Source: Actinomycetota bacterium (lineage in GTDB: Bacteria > Actinomycetota > Humimicrobiia > Humimicrobiales > Humimicrobiaceae). From it: 49,086 bases of DNA. How positions within the stretch are numbered: the stretch's first letter is position 1; the number at the start of each line of letters is the position of its first letter. The stretch spans positions 1 through 49,086 of the forward strand of contig SOKC01000031.1 of the NCBI GenBank assembly GCA_004376325.1, read 5' to 3'. Of the stretch, positions 25,076 through 34,336 are shown piece by piece. The notes under the pieces are model-generated. The model was not told where the DNA came from. It was given only the letters and a program-made list of their open reading frames with translations, and did no database searches. Made by a program: the position numbers and the translations under genes.

Positions 25076-25636
25076 TTAAATTTGATAAGGAGAGAGATAA
25101 ATTACTTTTTTATCTCCAAAATGTGATTCTTTAATTTTTCTCAAATTTTTTATTTCCTCACTTGCATCCTTTTTAAAAAAATATTCATATATTATCAGGG
25201 TATCAGCTCTGGTAATTTTTTTTTCTGATAAAATATCGAATATTTTTTTCATTATACCACTTTTAATTTCATATGGTGGGTCTAAAAAGATTATATCCCA
25301 CTTCAAACCTTCATAAAACTTTAAAAATTCAAAAACATCACTTCTAATTATTTTATACTTTTTACTGTCATCTTTTAAACACTCAGTATTATATTTTATG
25401 AGATTAATTGACTGTAAGCTTTTATCTACAAAATATACCAGGTTACAATTCCTGCTCAAAGATTCTATTCCCAGTGAGCCTGTTCCTGAAAACAGGTCCA
25501 AAACATTTGACCCCACTATTCTATCACCAATAACATTAAAAATACTTTCTTTTACACTGTCTAAAGTGGGCCTAATTTTATAATCCGAAGGAGGTTTTAG
25601 TTTTTTACCCCTGAATTTACCAGAAATAATTCTAAT
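25076..25636 (-). CDS. rsmD: 16S rRNA (guanine966-N2)-methyltransferase RsmD, apparently initiating at ATT
   Basis: LDLFSGTGSLGIE (SAM site) and DPPY. The conserved N-terminus (I)RIISGKFRGKKLKPPSDYKIRPTLDSVKESIFNVI lies upstream of the track start (GTG 25516), in a frame opened by TGA TGA at 25645..25640. Confidence 0.8.
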   Translation of the reverse strand: MRIISGKFRGKKLKPPSDYKIRPTLDSVKESIFNVIGDRIVGSNVLDLFSGTGSLGIESLSRNCNLVYFVDKSLQSINLIKYNTECLKDDSKKYKIIRSDVFEFLKFYEGLKWDIIFLDPPYEIKSGIMKKIFDILSEKKITRADTLIIYEYFFKKDASEEIKNLRKIKESHFGDKKVIYLSPYQI

Positions 25637-25658
25637 AGCTCATCACCATCTAGCGCAA

Positions 25659-27389
25659 TCATTCTATTGAAAATATATAAGGATATAAGGGTTGTCCCCC
25701 CTTATGCATTTCTATATCCATTTTAGGAAAATATTTTTTAAGCTTTTTTTTAATGGTCTCATTATCTTCAGGTATGGCATCTTTCCCGGTATAAAAGGTG
25801 ATAACCTCTTCAGTAGAACTTGCAATATCTCTTACCAGGTCTATAGTGGCATCCACAACATCATCCGAGATTACTCTTACTTTGCCATCAGATAAACCAA
25901 TATATTCACCCTTCTTTATTTCACCAACCATAAGATTTGCATTCCTCACTGCCTGTGTTATTTCCCCGTTCTTGGTCTTTTTGGCTGCTTCCTCCATATT
26001 ATACCTGTTTTCTTCCATGTCTGAACCAGGATTATAGCTCAGGACTGCCGATATTCCAGCCGGAATGTTTTTGGTAGGTACTATATAAACACTCTTATTC
26101 CTGGCAATTTTCTTTGCCTGATTTGCAGTAAGTATAATATTTTTATTATTTGGAAATATAATAACCTCGTCAGCCTCGGCGCTGTTTATGGCCTTTACTA
26201 TATCATAGGTTGATGGATTCATACTCTGTCCCCCGCTTACAATAATATCCGCACCAATACTTTTAAATATCTCTTCCAGTCCATCGCCATTAGCCACCAC
26301 TATCAGAGCCCTTCTTTCCTCCATCTTTTCTTCTACTGGTTCTGCTTCTCCCACTGCTTCTTTCCTCTGATCTTCCATATTATTAATTTGAATTTCATGA
26401 AGAGTACCTTCTCTTAATGCTCTTTTAAGAACTTTTTGGGGATGGTTTGTGTGCACATGTATTTTTACAAGATTTTCATTTCCGACCACCATCGTGCTAT
26501 CGCCGAAACTTTCAATTCTTTCCCTTAATCTTTCTATATTTATCCCGCTGCCTTTTATCATAAATTCAGTACAATAAGTATATTTAATCTCATAACCCAT
26601 TTTTACTTCTTTTAATCTTTTACCCTCAGCTTGCGGAACATATGCTTTAGGTTCTCTATCTAGACTATTACTCCTTGATTTATTATTTTTACTGCTTCCA
26701 GATGCAGGAGATACACTTCCAGCTATACTTAACTCTCTCTCCATGCTGCCATTTATGCTATTAATCTCTATTAAAGCCTTTCTGGCTCCAATCAAAATAT
26801 CTAAAATACCCTGTGCACCAGCATCTACTACGCCAGCTTTCTTTAGCACCGGCAGGAGAAAAGTAGTTCTTTCAACAGATTTTTCAGTTTCGGAAATAAT
26901 TCTATCCAGAAGCTCCACCAGTTTTATTTTATCAGTATTAATGTCTAAATTTTCAACAAGCTTGTAAATATCCTTCATAGTAGTAAGCATGGTTCCTTCA
27001 GTCGGATCCTGCACAGAATCATAGGCCATATCTCTGGATGATCTTAACGCTTCTTTAATTACATCCAGATTTAAACTATCACTTTTTATTATTATATCGA
27101 AAAAACCTTTAAGTATCTGAGAGAATATTACACCAGAATTTCCTCTTGCCCCCATTAACGCTCCAAATGAAGCTTTCTCCAGAACACTTTTTACAGAAAA
27201 ATTCTTAAGCTTTAAAAGCTCTTCTTTTATCGCCTTTAAAGTCAACAGCATATTGGTACCGGTATCTCCGTCCGGAACAGGAAACACATTTAAATCATTA
27301 ATTTTTTCTTCGCTTTCCTTAAATTTTTCCAGTATTATATCAATAACTTTTTTTAAATCCTGGTTATTTATTTCATAAAGCATTGTCAT
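25659..27389 (-). CDS. yloV: DAK2/DhaL-domain protein of the YloV family
   Basis: LNVFPVPDGDTGTNMLLT signature and a long C-terminal YloV-type domain. Start ambiguous (TTG 27422, ATG 27389 or ATG 27383). Confidence 0.8.
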   Translation of the reverse strand: MTMLYEINNQDLKKVIDIILEKFKESEEKINDLNVFPVPDGDTGTNMLLTLKAIKEELLKLKNFSVKSVLEKASFGALMGARGNSGVIFSQILKGFFDIIIKSDSLNLDVIKEALRSSRDMAYDSVQDPTEGTMLTTMKDIYKLVENLDINTDKIKLVELLDRIISETEKSVERTTFLLPVLKKAGVVDAGAQGILDILIGARKALIEINSINGSMERELSIAGSVSPASGSSKNNKSRSNSLDREPKAYVPQAEGKRLKEVKMGYEIKYTYCTEFMIKGSGINIERLRERIESFGDSTMVVGNENLVKIHVHTNHPQKVLKRALREGTLHEIQINNMEDQRKEAVGEAEPVEEKMEERRALIVVANGDGLEEIFKSIGADIIVSGGQSMNPSTYDIVKAINSAEADEVIIFPNNKNIILTANQAKKIARNKSVYIVPTKNIPAGISAVLSYNPGSDMEENRYNMEEAAKKTKNGEITQAVRNANLMVGEIKKGEYIGLSDGKVRVISDDVVDATIDLVRDIASSTEEVITFYTGKDAIPEDNETIKKKLKKYFPKMDIEMHKGGQPLYPYIFSIE

Positions 27390-27669
27390 ATTTATTCCAG
27401 TTTTAAAATTATAAATATTCAATTAAATATTCTATCATATTATATTAAAATTTTTTTGTTTCTAAATAAAATTGACCTATTTAACTTTATAATTTAAATA
27501 TTTTAATTTATTTTTACACCTATTATTAAGACTTTTTAAATTAAAAATTGTTTCTTTATTGTTTCAGGCTCCCACTTTACCCTGAATTCCTTTTTTACAG
27601 CGTAAAGTGCTGCTTATTTATTTTTCGTTTTGCTGCCTCATTATCATCTGTTTATTTTCACTCGTTTAT

Positions 27670-27816
27670 CTATTTACCTATTTTTATCACTCCCTTCTTA
27701 ATCCTTAAAACCTGCCTGGTAGATAACCTAAGTACCTCTGCTGCATCCTTAACTCTAATCTCTCCCTCTACTAGTCTCTCTGCTACCTTTAGTCTTGCCA
27801 TCTCCTTTTCTGTCAT
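27670..27816 (-). mobile_element. Relic of a transposase N-terminal HTH (48 codons from ATG 27816), no catalytic domain left
   Basis: MTEKEMARLKVAERLVEGEIRVKDAAEVLRLSTRQVLRIKKG resembles the N-terminal HTH of rve-type (ISNCY/IS481-like) transposases, judged from memory. The ORF stops after 48 aa and no continuation is visible in any frame. Confidence 0.4.
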
Positions 27817-27914
27817 GTGATATGTTTCCTCTCTTGTATTCATAGGTGACATTTTCCCTGAATAACTTGGAGGTGACAATATCGCAGAATAACAACAAAT
27901 GTCAAACATTTACC

Positions 27915-27943
27915 TTGAAAATTGAATAATAAAATGCTAATAT
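27915..27943 (+). promoter_or_regulatory. Putative rpmB promoter TTGAAA-17-TAATAT
   Basis: TTGAAA 27915..27920, a 17-nt spacer, TAATAT 27938..27943. About 105 nt upstream of the rpmB ATG. Confidence 0.35.
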
Positions 27944-28054
27944 TCCTACCTGGTCCAGTTTTAATTGCTTATGATTCATTATTCATAATTAAATAGTACT
28001 GGGCTTATGCTGTAAAACCATAAAATATATTTTTTTAATTATACAGGAGAAAAA

Positions 28055-28246
28055 ATGTCCGGAGTATGTGAAATTTGTGATAAAAAGACAACTTTTGGAA
28101 ATACTGTAAGCCATTCGCACAGAAAGACCAGAAGAACGTTTAAAGCCAATATCCAAAAGGCAAAGGTTGAATATAAAGGCAAGATTAAAACCATAAACAT
28201 CTGCACCAGCTGCCTGAAATCAGGTAAGGTTAAAAAAATAGTGTGA
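28055..28246 (+). CDS. rpmB: 50S ribosomal protein L28
   Basis: CEICDKKTTFGNTVSHSHRKTRRTFKANIQK; 63 aa; SD AGGAGAAAAA. Confidence 0.9.
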   Translation: MSGVCEICDKKTTFGNTVSHSHRKTRRTFKANIQKAKVEYKGKIKTINICTSCLKSGKVKKIV

Positions 28247-28284
28247 GTTTGGTAAGTTACCTCACCTTAAAAAATAATATATAG

Positions 28285-28668
28285 TTAAATTTCTTTAACT
28301 TCTAACTCGGGGGAGGGATAATGTTTTACATTTTTTGTGATCAGTGTTAAACCGTATGCTATAGCTGTAGCTGCAATAATTACATCAGTAGTAGCTAATA
28401 TCTTACCTTTTTTTACATACTTTTGCTTTAATCTGCCCGCCAACTTAGCGATATCACTAGTCACTTCAAAGTAATAAAGGCTTTCAATAAATTTATCTGT
28501 TTTTTCTTTTTCTTTTTCTTTCATGCCGGTATAAGTTTCGGTAATATTTATACAGCAGCAGCCTGCAACGTCACCCCTTGTGCCAATCTCTTCAAGATAA
28601 GAGTTTACTCTTTTATCACCACGTAAATGGTCAATTATTGTAGTCGTATCCAATAAATATTCAGCCAT
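28285..28668 (-). CDS. vapC: PIN-domain toxin VapC
   Basis: YLLDTTTIIDHL (first acidic residue) and TTDVIIAATA; 127 aa; 1-nt overlap with the upstream antitoxin gene. Confidence 0.8.
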   Translation of the reverse strand: MAEYLLDTTTIIDHLRGDKRVNSYLEEIGTRGDVAGCCCINITETYTGMKEKEKEKTDKFIESLYYFEVTSDIAKLAGRLKQKYVKKGKILATTDVIIAATAIAYGLTLITKNVKHYPSPELEVKEI

Positions 28669-28931
28669 TACATTATTTCCTTCAGTCTCTTTTCATCTTC
28701 CTCTCGAAGGCTTCTTACCCAGCTACCAACTCCTCTTTTAAATTCAGGATGATCTTTATCATTCCAAGCACCGGCTGTTTCCTTTATCGCTTTAAGAAAG
28801 TTCAAGCGCTGTATCTCTTTTTTTACAGCTTGGGTTATAAACCAGCTACGCTTTCTTTTACCTGAAAGCCTGTCTATCTCTTCTACTAATTCTTCTGGTA
28901 CTACAACGTGTGTCCTTTTTTTTGTATCCAT
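28668..28931 (-). CDS. vapB: Ribbon-helix-helix (CopG-like) antitoxin VapB
   Basis: THVVVPEELVEEIDRLSGKRKRSWFITQAVKKEI is a typical RHH beta-alpha-alpha; 87 aa. Confidence 0.7.
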   Translation of the reverse strand: MDTKKRTHVVVPEELVEEIDRLSGKRKRSWFITQAVKKEIQRLNFLKAIKETAGAWNDKDHPEFKRGVGSWVRSLREEDEKRLKEIM

Positions 28932-29053
28932 GTTAATCTTTTTATTAATTTATAATTGTATATTTAATGTTAACATATTATGGGACATTGTCAATATTAT
29001 ATAGAGGTTGAATCATTTTAGAATCCTTTTAGACTACTCAATTCACAATAATT

Positions 29054-30583
29054 TTATAAATTCTTTAAAAGGCTGCAGACAAAGCCTGCTTCACTCCCAA
29101 AATAATAGGGCATTATTTCCAGGCAGGCTTCCTTCCCTAAGCAGATATCATTTTTTGGTTGACCTGAAAATGACATCAACTTATCAGAAATGCTTGATCT
29201 TTCTATTCTGTACTTATCTTTAAACTCCTCTAAAAACCTGTCTATTACCTGCTGATTTTCTACAGGTGATATAGTGCAGGTATAAAAAACAATCTTTCCC
29301 CCCACTTTTAGATACCTGTCACAATTTACCATTATCCTGTAAGACATATTAGAAAGGCGGATAATGTCGTCCATCACCTTATTGTATTTTGCGTCCGGAT
29401 TTTTAGAAATGGTTCCAAAAGCACTGCAGGGAGCGTCTATTAAAATTTTATCAAAATATCCGGCAATGTTTTTTAAGCCTTTTTTATCCGAAGCTTTAGT
29501 GCGGCATTCCGAACCTTTACTGATTAAAATATCCATTCTTCTATCTAAAAAACCAGGTTTAGCTGCATCTGCTTCTATAATCCTTGCATTCCTTATATTT
29601 AACCGCTCTAAATTATCTTTTAATACCTCCAGCCTGTTTTTGCTTATATCAACCGATACCACTTTACCCTCATTTTTCACCAGCTCTGCAATATAGGCAG
29701 TCTTGCCGCCTGGCGCAGCGCATACATCCAGTACTTTCTCACCTTCCTGGGGATTTATAAAGTAGCTTACTGCTATCTGCGACGAGAGATCCTGAACTGA
29801 AACCAGACCTTTTCTGTAAATCTCGGTTTTAGTAATATCCTGGACACTGGAAACCTCAATTATACCATCAAGCATTCCTGAGATACCCGTGGGTAATTGA
29901 CCAAAATCAACTGATATTACATCCATTTCCCTTGTCAGCTCATCTATTGTAACTTTATTTTTATTAAACCTCAGGTAAATATGTGGATTCTCATTCAGTG
30001 ACTGACAGATTAAAATTGTCTTTTCTTTCCCGTACCAGTCAAACCAGTATTTTACCAGCCACCCCGGATAAGAGTAATTTATACTGATTTTATCAACCTC
30101 ATCTTCCACCAACCTATCGATCTTATCTTTTGCAAATGAATCTATGTTTGGAACTGAACTGACTTTGCGCAGTACTGCATTCACAAATTTAGAAGAAGAT
30201 AAAGTTACATTTTTCTTGGCCAATTCCACACTTTCATTTACTATTGAATAAGATGGAACCTTATCCATATACATGAACTGGAAAATTCCCATACGGAGAA
30301 TATTAAGCACCACAAAGTCAATATCCTTTATTTTTTTATCTGAAAATAAGGAGAGTAAAAAATCAATTTTTAGATAATATCTTACTGTGCCCTTGACTAT
30401 ATTGAAAATAAAGCGCTTATCAAGTCCGGATAGCCTGTAATTTTTAAAATAAAAGTTTATTATGTCTTTTAGAGATTTTTTTTTCTTGAAATATTCATTT
30501 AATATAAGGAGAGCAATTCTGCGGGGATTGGCGCTGCTGCTTTTTTCACTCAAAATTCTCACCGGCTTCCAGTCTATATCCAT
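29054..30583 (-). CDS. rsmB: 16S rRNA (cytosine967-C5)-methyltransferase RsmB
   Basis: NusB-like N-domain, VLDVCAAPGGKT, LIDAPCSAFGT and VFYTCTISPVEN motifs; 509 aa. Confidence 0.85.
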   Translation of the reverse strand: MDIDWKPVRILSEKSSSANPRRIALLILNEYFKKKKSLKDIINFYFKNYRLSGLDKRFIFNIVKGTVRYYLKIDFLLSLFSDKKIKDIDFVVLNILRMGIFQFMYMDKVPSYSIVNESVELAKKNVTLSSSKFVNAVLRKVSSVPNIDSFAKDKIDRLVEDEVDKISINYSYPGWLVKYWFDWYGKEKTILICQSLNENPHIYLRFNKNKVTIDELTREMDVISVDFGQLPTGISGMLDGIIEVSSVQDITKTEIYRKGLVSVQDLSSQIAVSYFINPQEGEKVLDVCAAPGGKTAYIAELVKNEGKVVSVDISKNRLEVLKDNLERLNIRNARIIEADAAKPGFLDRRMDILISKGSECRTKASDKKGLKNIAGYFDKILIDAPCSAFGTISKNPDAKYNKVMDDIIRLSNMSYRIMVNCDRYLKVGGKIVFYTCTISPVENQQVIDRFLEEFKDKYRIERSSISDKLMSFSGQPKNDICLGKEACLEIMPYYFGSEAGFVCSLLKNL

Positions 30584-31514
30584 TAATAAAATCCGCTGAA
30601 GATATTACTTTTCTACCCTGGGGCTGCAGTTTTTCAATTTTTACCATTTCATTTTTATTACACTTAATTAAAATACCTGTTTTTTTATCAGCTTCCACTA
30701 CAAGTCCATTTTTCTCATTTTCATCAAACTTAAGTTTATCCAGGTATGCATTACTCGCAGTTCCGCCCGGGACACTTGCTTTAAGGATTTTAATCCTTAA
30801 GCCTTTCCATAGACAATAAGCGCCTGGTCTTGAGCTGAAAGCTCTGATTTTGTTGACTATTTCCGCTGCGCTGCTATCCCAGTTAATTTTTAAGTCTTCC
30901 TTTGTAATCTTATGACTATAGATTACACTTTCCTCATCCTGTGGGTAGGAGTTTAGATTTTCATTTTCTATAAGGTCAAGTACTGTCATCAGAAGGGATT
31001 TTCCAAATTTTATTGATTTTTGCTCTAGACTGTCCCTATTATCATCTTCTTCCACTCCAAACTTTACCTGCGCATATATACCACCGGCGTCCACTTCAGG
31101 TACTACCTCGATTATACTCACCCCACTTACTCTATCACCATTTAAAAGGGCGCTTATAATAGGTGTGGGACCTCTATATCTGGGCAGCAGTGATGGGTGC
31201 ACATTCAACCACCTGGCAGTAGTAAGTTTAAATATCTTACCGGGAAGTATCTTACCAAAAGAAACTACCACCACCCCATCAAATTCTAGCTCTGCAAATT
31301 TATCAAAAAAACTATGGTCAAACTTTTCAATCTGTATAAAGTCAATCCCCAGTTCAATGGCTCTTTTCTTTACTATATTGGGAGTATTTCTTCTTCCTCT
31401 TCCTGCCGGCTTATCGGTAATAGTTACAACCGAGGTTATACTATGCCGGGATTTATAGATTTCTTCCAGAAAAGGAACTGAGATTTCTGAAGAGCCGAAA
31501 AACAATATTTTCAA
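30546..31514 (-). CDS. fmt: Methionyl-tRNA formyltransferase
   Basis: MKILFFGSSE and NVHPSLLPRYRGPTPI. Confidence 0.9.
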   Translation of the reverse strand: MKILFFGSSEISVPFLEEIYKSRHSITSVVTITDKPAGRGRRNTPNIVKKRAIELGIDFIQIEKFDHSFFDKFAELEFDGVVVVSFGKILPGKIFKLTTARWLNVHPSLLPRYRGPTPIISALLNGDRVSGVSIIEVVPEVDAGGIYAQVKFGVEEDDNRDSLEQKSIKFGKSLLMTVLDLIENENLNSYPQDEESVIYSHKITKEDLKINWDSSAAEIVNKIRAFSSRPGAYCLWKGLRIKILKASVPGGTASNAYLDKLKFDENEKNGLVVEADKKTGILIKCNKNEMVKIEKLQPQGRKVISSADFINGYRLEAGENFE

Positions 31515-31532
31515 TTAAAGTCTCCTTTTGTT

Positions 31533-32030
31533 CTAAATATTTAACTTTATCTCATTAATCTTAGAGAGCAGCTCTCTTTTTGATTTGCGGTCAAGATGGT
31601 CTATATACAATATCCCGTTAAGATGGTCAATCTCATGCTGAAATATTCTTGCAAGCAAATCTTCCGCTACCAGTGTAATATCATTACCTTCCAGATCTTT
31701 TGCCTTTACTTTAACCCTGGGAAATCTTTTAACGCAGAAACCCTTTATGGAATATATGCTCAGGCAGCCTTCATCACTCTCTATTTTTTTATCGTCCAGA
31801 ACTTCAATCACCGGATTTATAAATGTCCGAATCTTATCGTCAAAATTAACAATAATTACTCTTCTGGTTATCCCTATTTGGGGAGCGGACAGGCCTACCC
31901 CACCCTCGTTATTTAATGTATCGATCATATCATTGACCAGCCCCAGGAGCTTTCTGTCTATTTTTCCCACATTTTTGCTTTTCTCTCTTAAGGACGGATC
32001 CCCAATTTTTCTAATTTTTTTAACTGCCAT
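31533..32030 (-). CDS. def: Peptide deformylase
   Basis: GVGLSAPQIG, EGCLS and HEIDHLNG motifs. Confidence 0.95.
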   Translation of the reverse strand: MAVKKIRKIGDPSLREKSKNVGKIDRKLLGLVNDMIDTLNNEGGVGLSAPQIGITRRVIIVNFDDKIRTFINPVIEVLDDKKIESDEGCLSIYSIKGFCVKRFPRVKVKAKDLEGNDITLVAEDLLARIFQHEIDHLNGILYIDHLDRKSKRELLSKINEIKLNI

Positions 32031-32048
32031 CTTGTACCTTTCACAAAT

Positions 32049-34322
32049 TTACAATATCCACACCGGATCTACATCAATAATTATTTTATTTTTATCAAAT
32101 TTTTTAAATCTCTTTAATATCTCAGACAATATCTTATTTGAATACCCCATATTTTTAGACTTTATTATTATATGCCATCTATAAAATAAATTTATTTTAT
32201 AAAAAGGAGCAGGGGCAGGTCCCAGTATGCTACTACCATTTCTGATATCTTTGCTTATTTCTGCAAATAATTCTTTTATATCTTTCTTTACCCTATTTTC
32301 TTCTTTCCCTGAAATTATAATATTTATTAGATTGGAAAAAGGAGGATAACAAAGCTCCTTTCTGCTAGCCAGCTCCTGGTCGTAAAATGATTCATAATCG
32401 CTGGCCAGTATATTTTTCATAACACTACTCTGGGGATTATAGGTCTGGATTATTACCCTGCCCTTCTTTCTCTTCCTGCCCGCTCTTCCCGATACCTGAG
32501 TGATAAGCTGATAAACTCTTTCATTCATATGATAATCAGGAAGCCCAAGCATACTATCACAATTGACCACTCCTACCAGAGTCACATCTTCAATATCCAG
32601 TCCCTTGGCTACCATCTGGGTACCTATAAGGATTGACCCGCCAGGAGAAATAAACTTGTTTAGTATTTCCTGGTGTGACTTCTTCTTTACAGTTATATCC
32701 GAATCCATTCTAAGTATGGGTGTGTTTTTAAATCTCATCTTAAGCTTGGACTGCACCCTCTGAATTCCAGTACCACATAAAAAGATATTATCTGCGCCAC
32801 AAACAGGGCACATTCCAGTATAATTTTGCTCCCTCCCGCAATGGTGGCATACCAGTTTCCTGCGATCGCTGTGGTAATTATAGGAAAGGTCACAGGCGGA
32901 ACATTTAGGCACACTGCCGCATTTATTGCATATTACAAAATTACTGTATCCCCTTCTATTTAAAAATATAATTATCTTATTATTTTTTTCTAATTCCTCC
33001 CTGATCGCAGTAAATAATTTACCGGTTATAGCTGTATCTTCTTTCAAGCGGTCTATTTTTTTTAAGTCAACTACTTGTAACTCCAGCGGACTGCTGCTCT
33101 GGGCTTTAACTGGAATCTCTAGCAATGTAAAATCATTTTCGTTTTCTGCTTTGTACCTGGTAACAATACTAGGAGTCGCACTCCCCATAACCACAGGGAT
33201 ATTCAGTATTTCCCCCAGTTTTATTGCCACATCCTGGGTATTATATCTGACTCTTGTTCCTTCCTTATAGGATGGGTCATGCTCTTCATCCAGTATTATC
33301 ACGCCCAGTTTACCTATAGGAGTAAAAATTGAAGATCTTGTTCCTATTATTACGTCAAACTCATTTTCCCATATATCAAGCCATCTTTCATATCTTTCCG
33401 CCTCATTCATATTAGAATGATACACACAGACTCTGGACCCCAACTCAGATTCAAATCTTGAAAACAGCTGGGGAATTAAGGAAATTTCAGGGGTAAGAAT
33501 AAGTGCCCTTTTTTTCTTCTCTATAACTTTCCTGCATACAGCTATATAAATATCAGTCTTTCCGCTGGCGGTTACGCCTTCGATCAGAAACTTGTGAAAA
33601 ATGTTTTTCTGTATGGCATTATCTATACTGTGCAGGGCATTTTTTTGATAGGGGTTTAAAATTACCTTTTTTTTCTTTAATTCCTTATCAGGCCGGTATT
33701 CGTACCTAAAATCCCTTTTTTGTCTTTTTTTTACTATGGATATAATATTTTTATCTGCAAGACTGGCCAGACTCGAATAGCCTGAACCGGTATCTTTTAT
33801 AAGTTTTTCTTTTAAAACTTCACCGTGTAAAACCAAATAATCAATTATTTTTTTCTGTGAGGAATTTCTTTTCCAGTTTATCTTATCTTTTATCAGATCA
33901 TATCCAGTCCTGTTTAAAGTTATGTAATCCTTGAATTTTAATTGAACACCGGAAACCCTGGGACTGGTAATCGACTGCCTATACTTTCCCCCGGGGGGCA
34001 GGAAAAACTTAATTACACTTCCCAGCGGTTGAATATAATACTGGCTAATCCAATGAATAAGCTCAAGTCTCTCCGGGTTAAAAACAGACCTCTTTTCTAC
34101 TACTTTTAAAATATCTTTTATTTCCCTGTCTTTAAGTTCTGACTTATCTTTAATTTTTACAATGTAGCCAACTTCAACTCTATTTTTAAAGGGAACCTGA
34201 ACAATTCTGCCAGTATCAATATCGGAAGATAAATGCGGTGGTATCCTGTAGTCAAAAGCATGATCAATATCAAAGGCTTTTATATCTATATAAACCTCTG
34301 CATATTTTTTATTTCTACTCAT
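32049..34322 (-). CDS. priA: Primosomal replication-restart helicase PriA
   Basis: GVTASGKTDIY Walker A, ILDEEHD, and the Cys-rich zinc-binding insertion (CNKCGSVPKCSACD...CHHCG...CPVCG). Confidence 0.9.
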   Translation of the reverse strand: MSRNKKYAEVYIDIKAFDIDHAFDYRIPPHLSSDIDTGRIVQVPFKNRVEVGYIVKIKDKSELKDREIKDILKVVEKRSVFNPERLELIHWISQYYIQPLGSVIKFFLPPGGKYRQSITSPRVSGVQLKFKDYITLNRTGYDLIKDKINWKRNSSQKKIIDYLVLHGEVLKEKLIKDTGSGYSSLASLADKNIISIVKKRQKRDFRYEYRPDKELKKKKVILNPYQKNALHSIDNAIQKNIFHKFLIEGVTASGKTDIYIAVCRKVIEKKKRALILTPEISLIPQLFSRFESELGSRVCVYHSNMNEAERYERWLDIWENEFDVIIGTRSSIFTPIGKLGVIILDEEHDPSYKEGTRVRYNTQDVAIKLGEILNIPVVMGSATPSIVTRYKAENENDFTLLEIPVKAQSSSPLELQVVDLKKIDRLKEDTAITGKLFTAIREELEKNNKIIIFLNRRGYSNFVICNKCGSVPKCSACDLSYNYHSDRRKLVCHHCGREQNYTGMCPVCGADNIFLCGTGIQRVQSKLKMRFKNTPILRMDSDITVKKKSHQEILNKFISPGGSILIGTQMVAKGLDIEDVTLVGVVNCDSMLGLPDYHMNERVYQLITQVSGRAGRKRKKGRVIIQTYNPQSSVMKNILASDYESFYDQELASRKELCYPPFSNLINIIISGKEENRVKKDIKELFAEISKDIRNGSSILGPAPAPFYKINLFYRWHIIIKSKNMGYSNKILSEILKRFKKFDKNKIIIDVDPVWIL

Positions 34323-34336
34323 TTAAAACACTATAA

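Noticed and set aside
27548-27820. 90-aa plus-strand ORF across the transposase-relic region
   Set aside because: It is hydrophobic and low in complexity, antisense to the HTH relic, with no SD and no motif.
28247-28284. Hairpin GTGAG-13 nt-CTCAC after rpmB as a bidirectional terminator
   Set aside because: The stem is only 5 bp, the loop is large and no U-run follows on either strand. The evidence is too weak to call.
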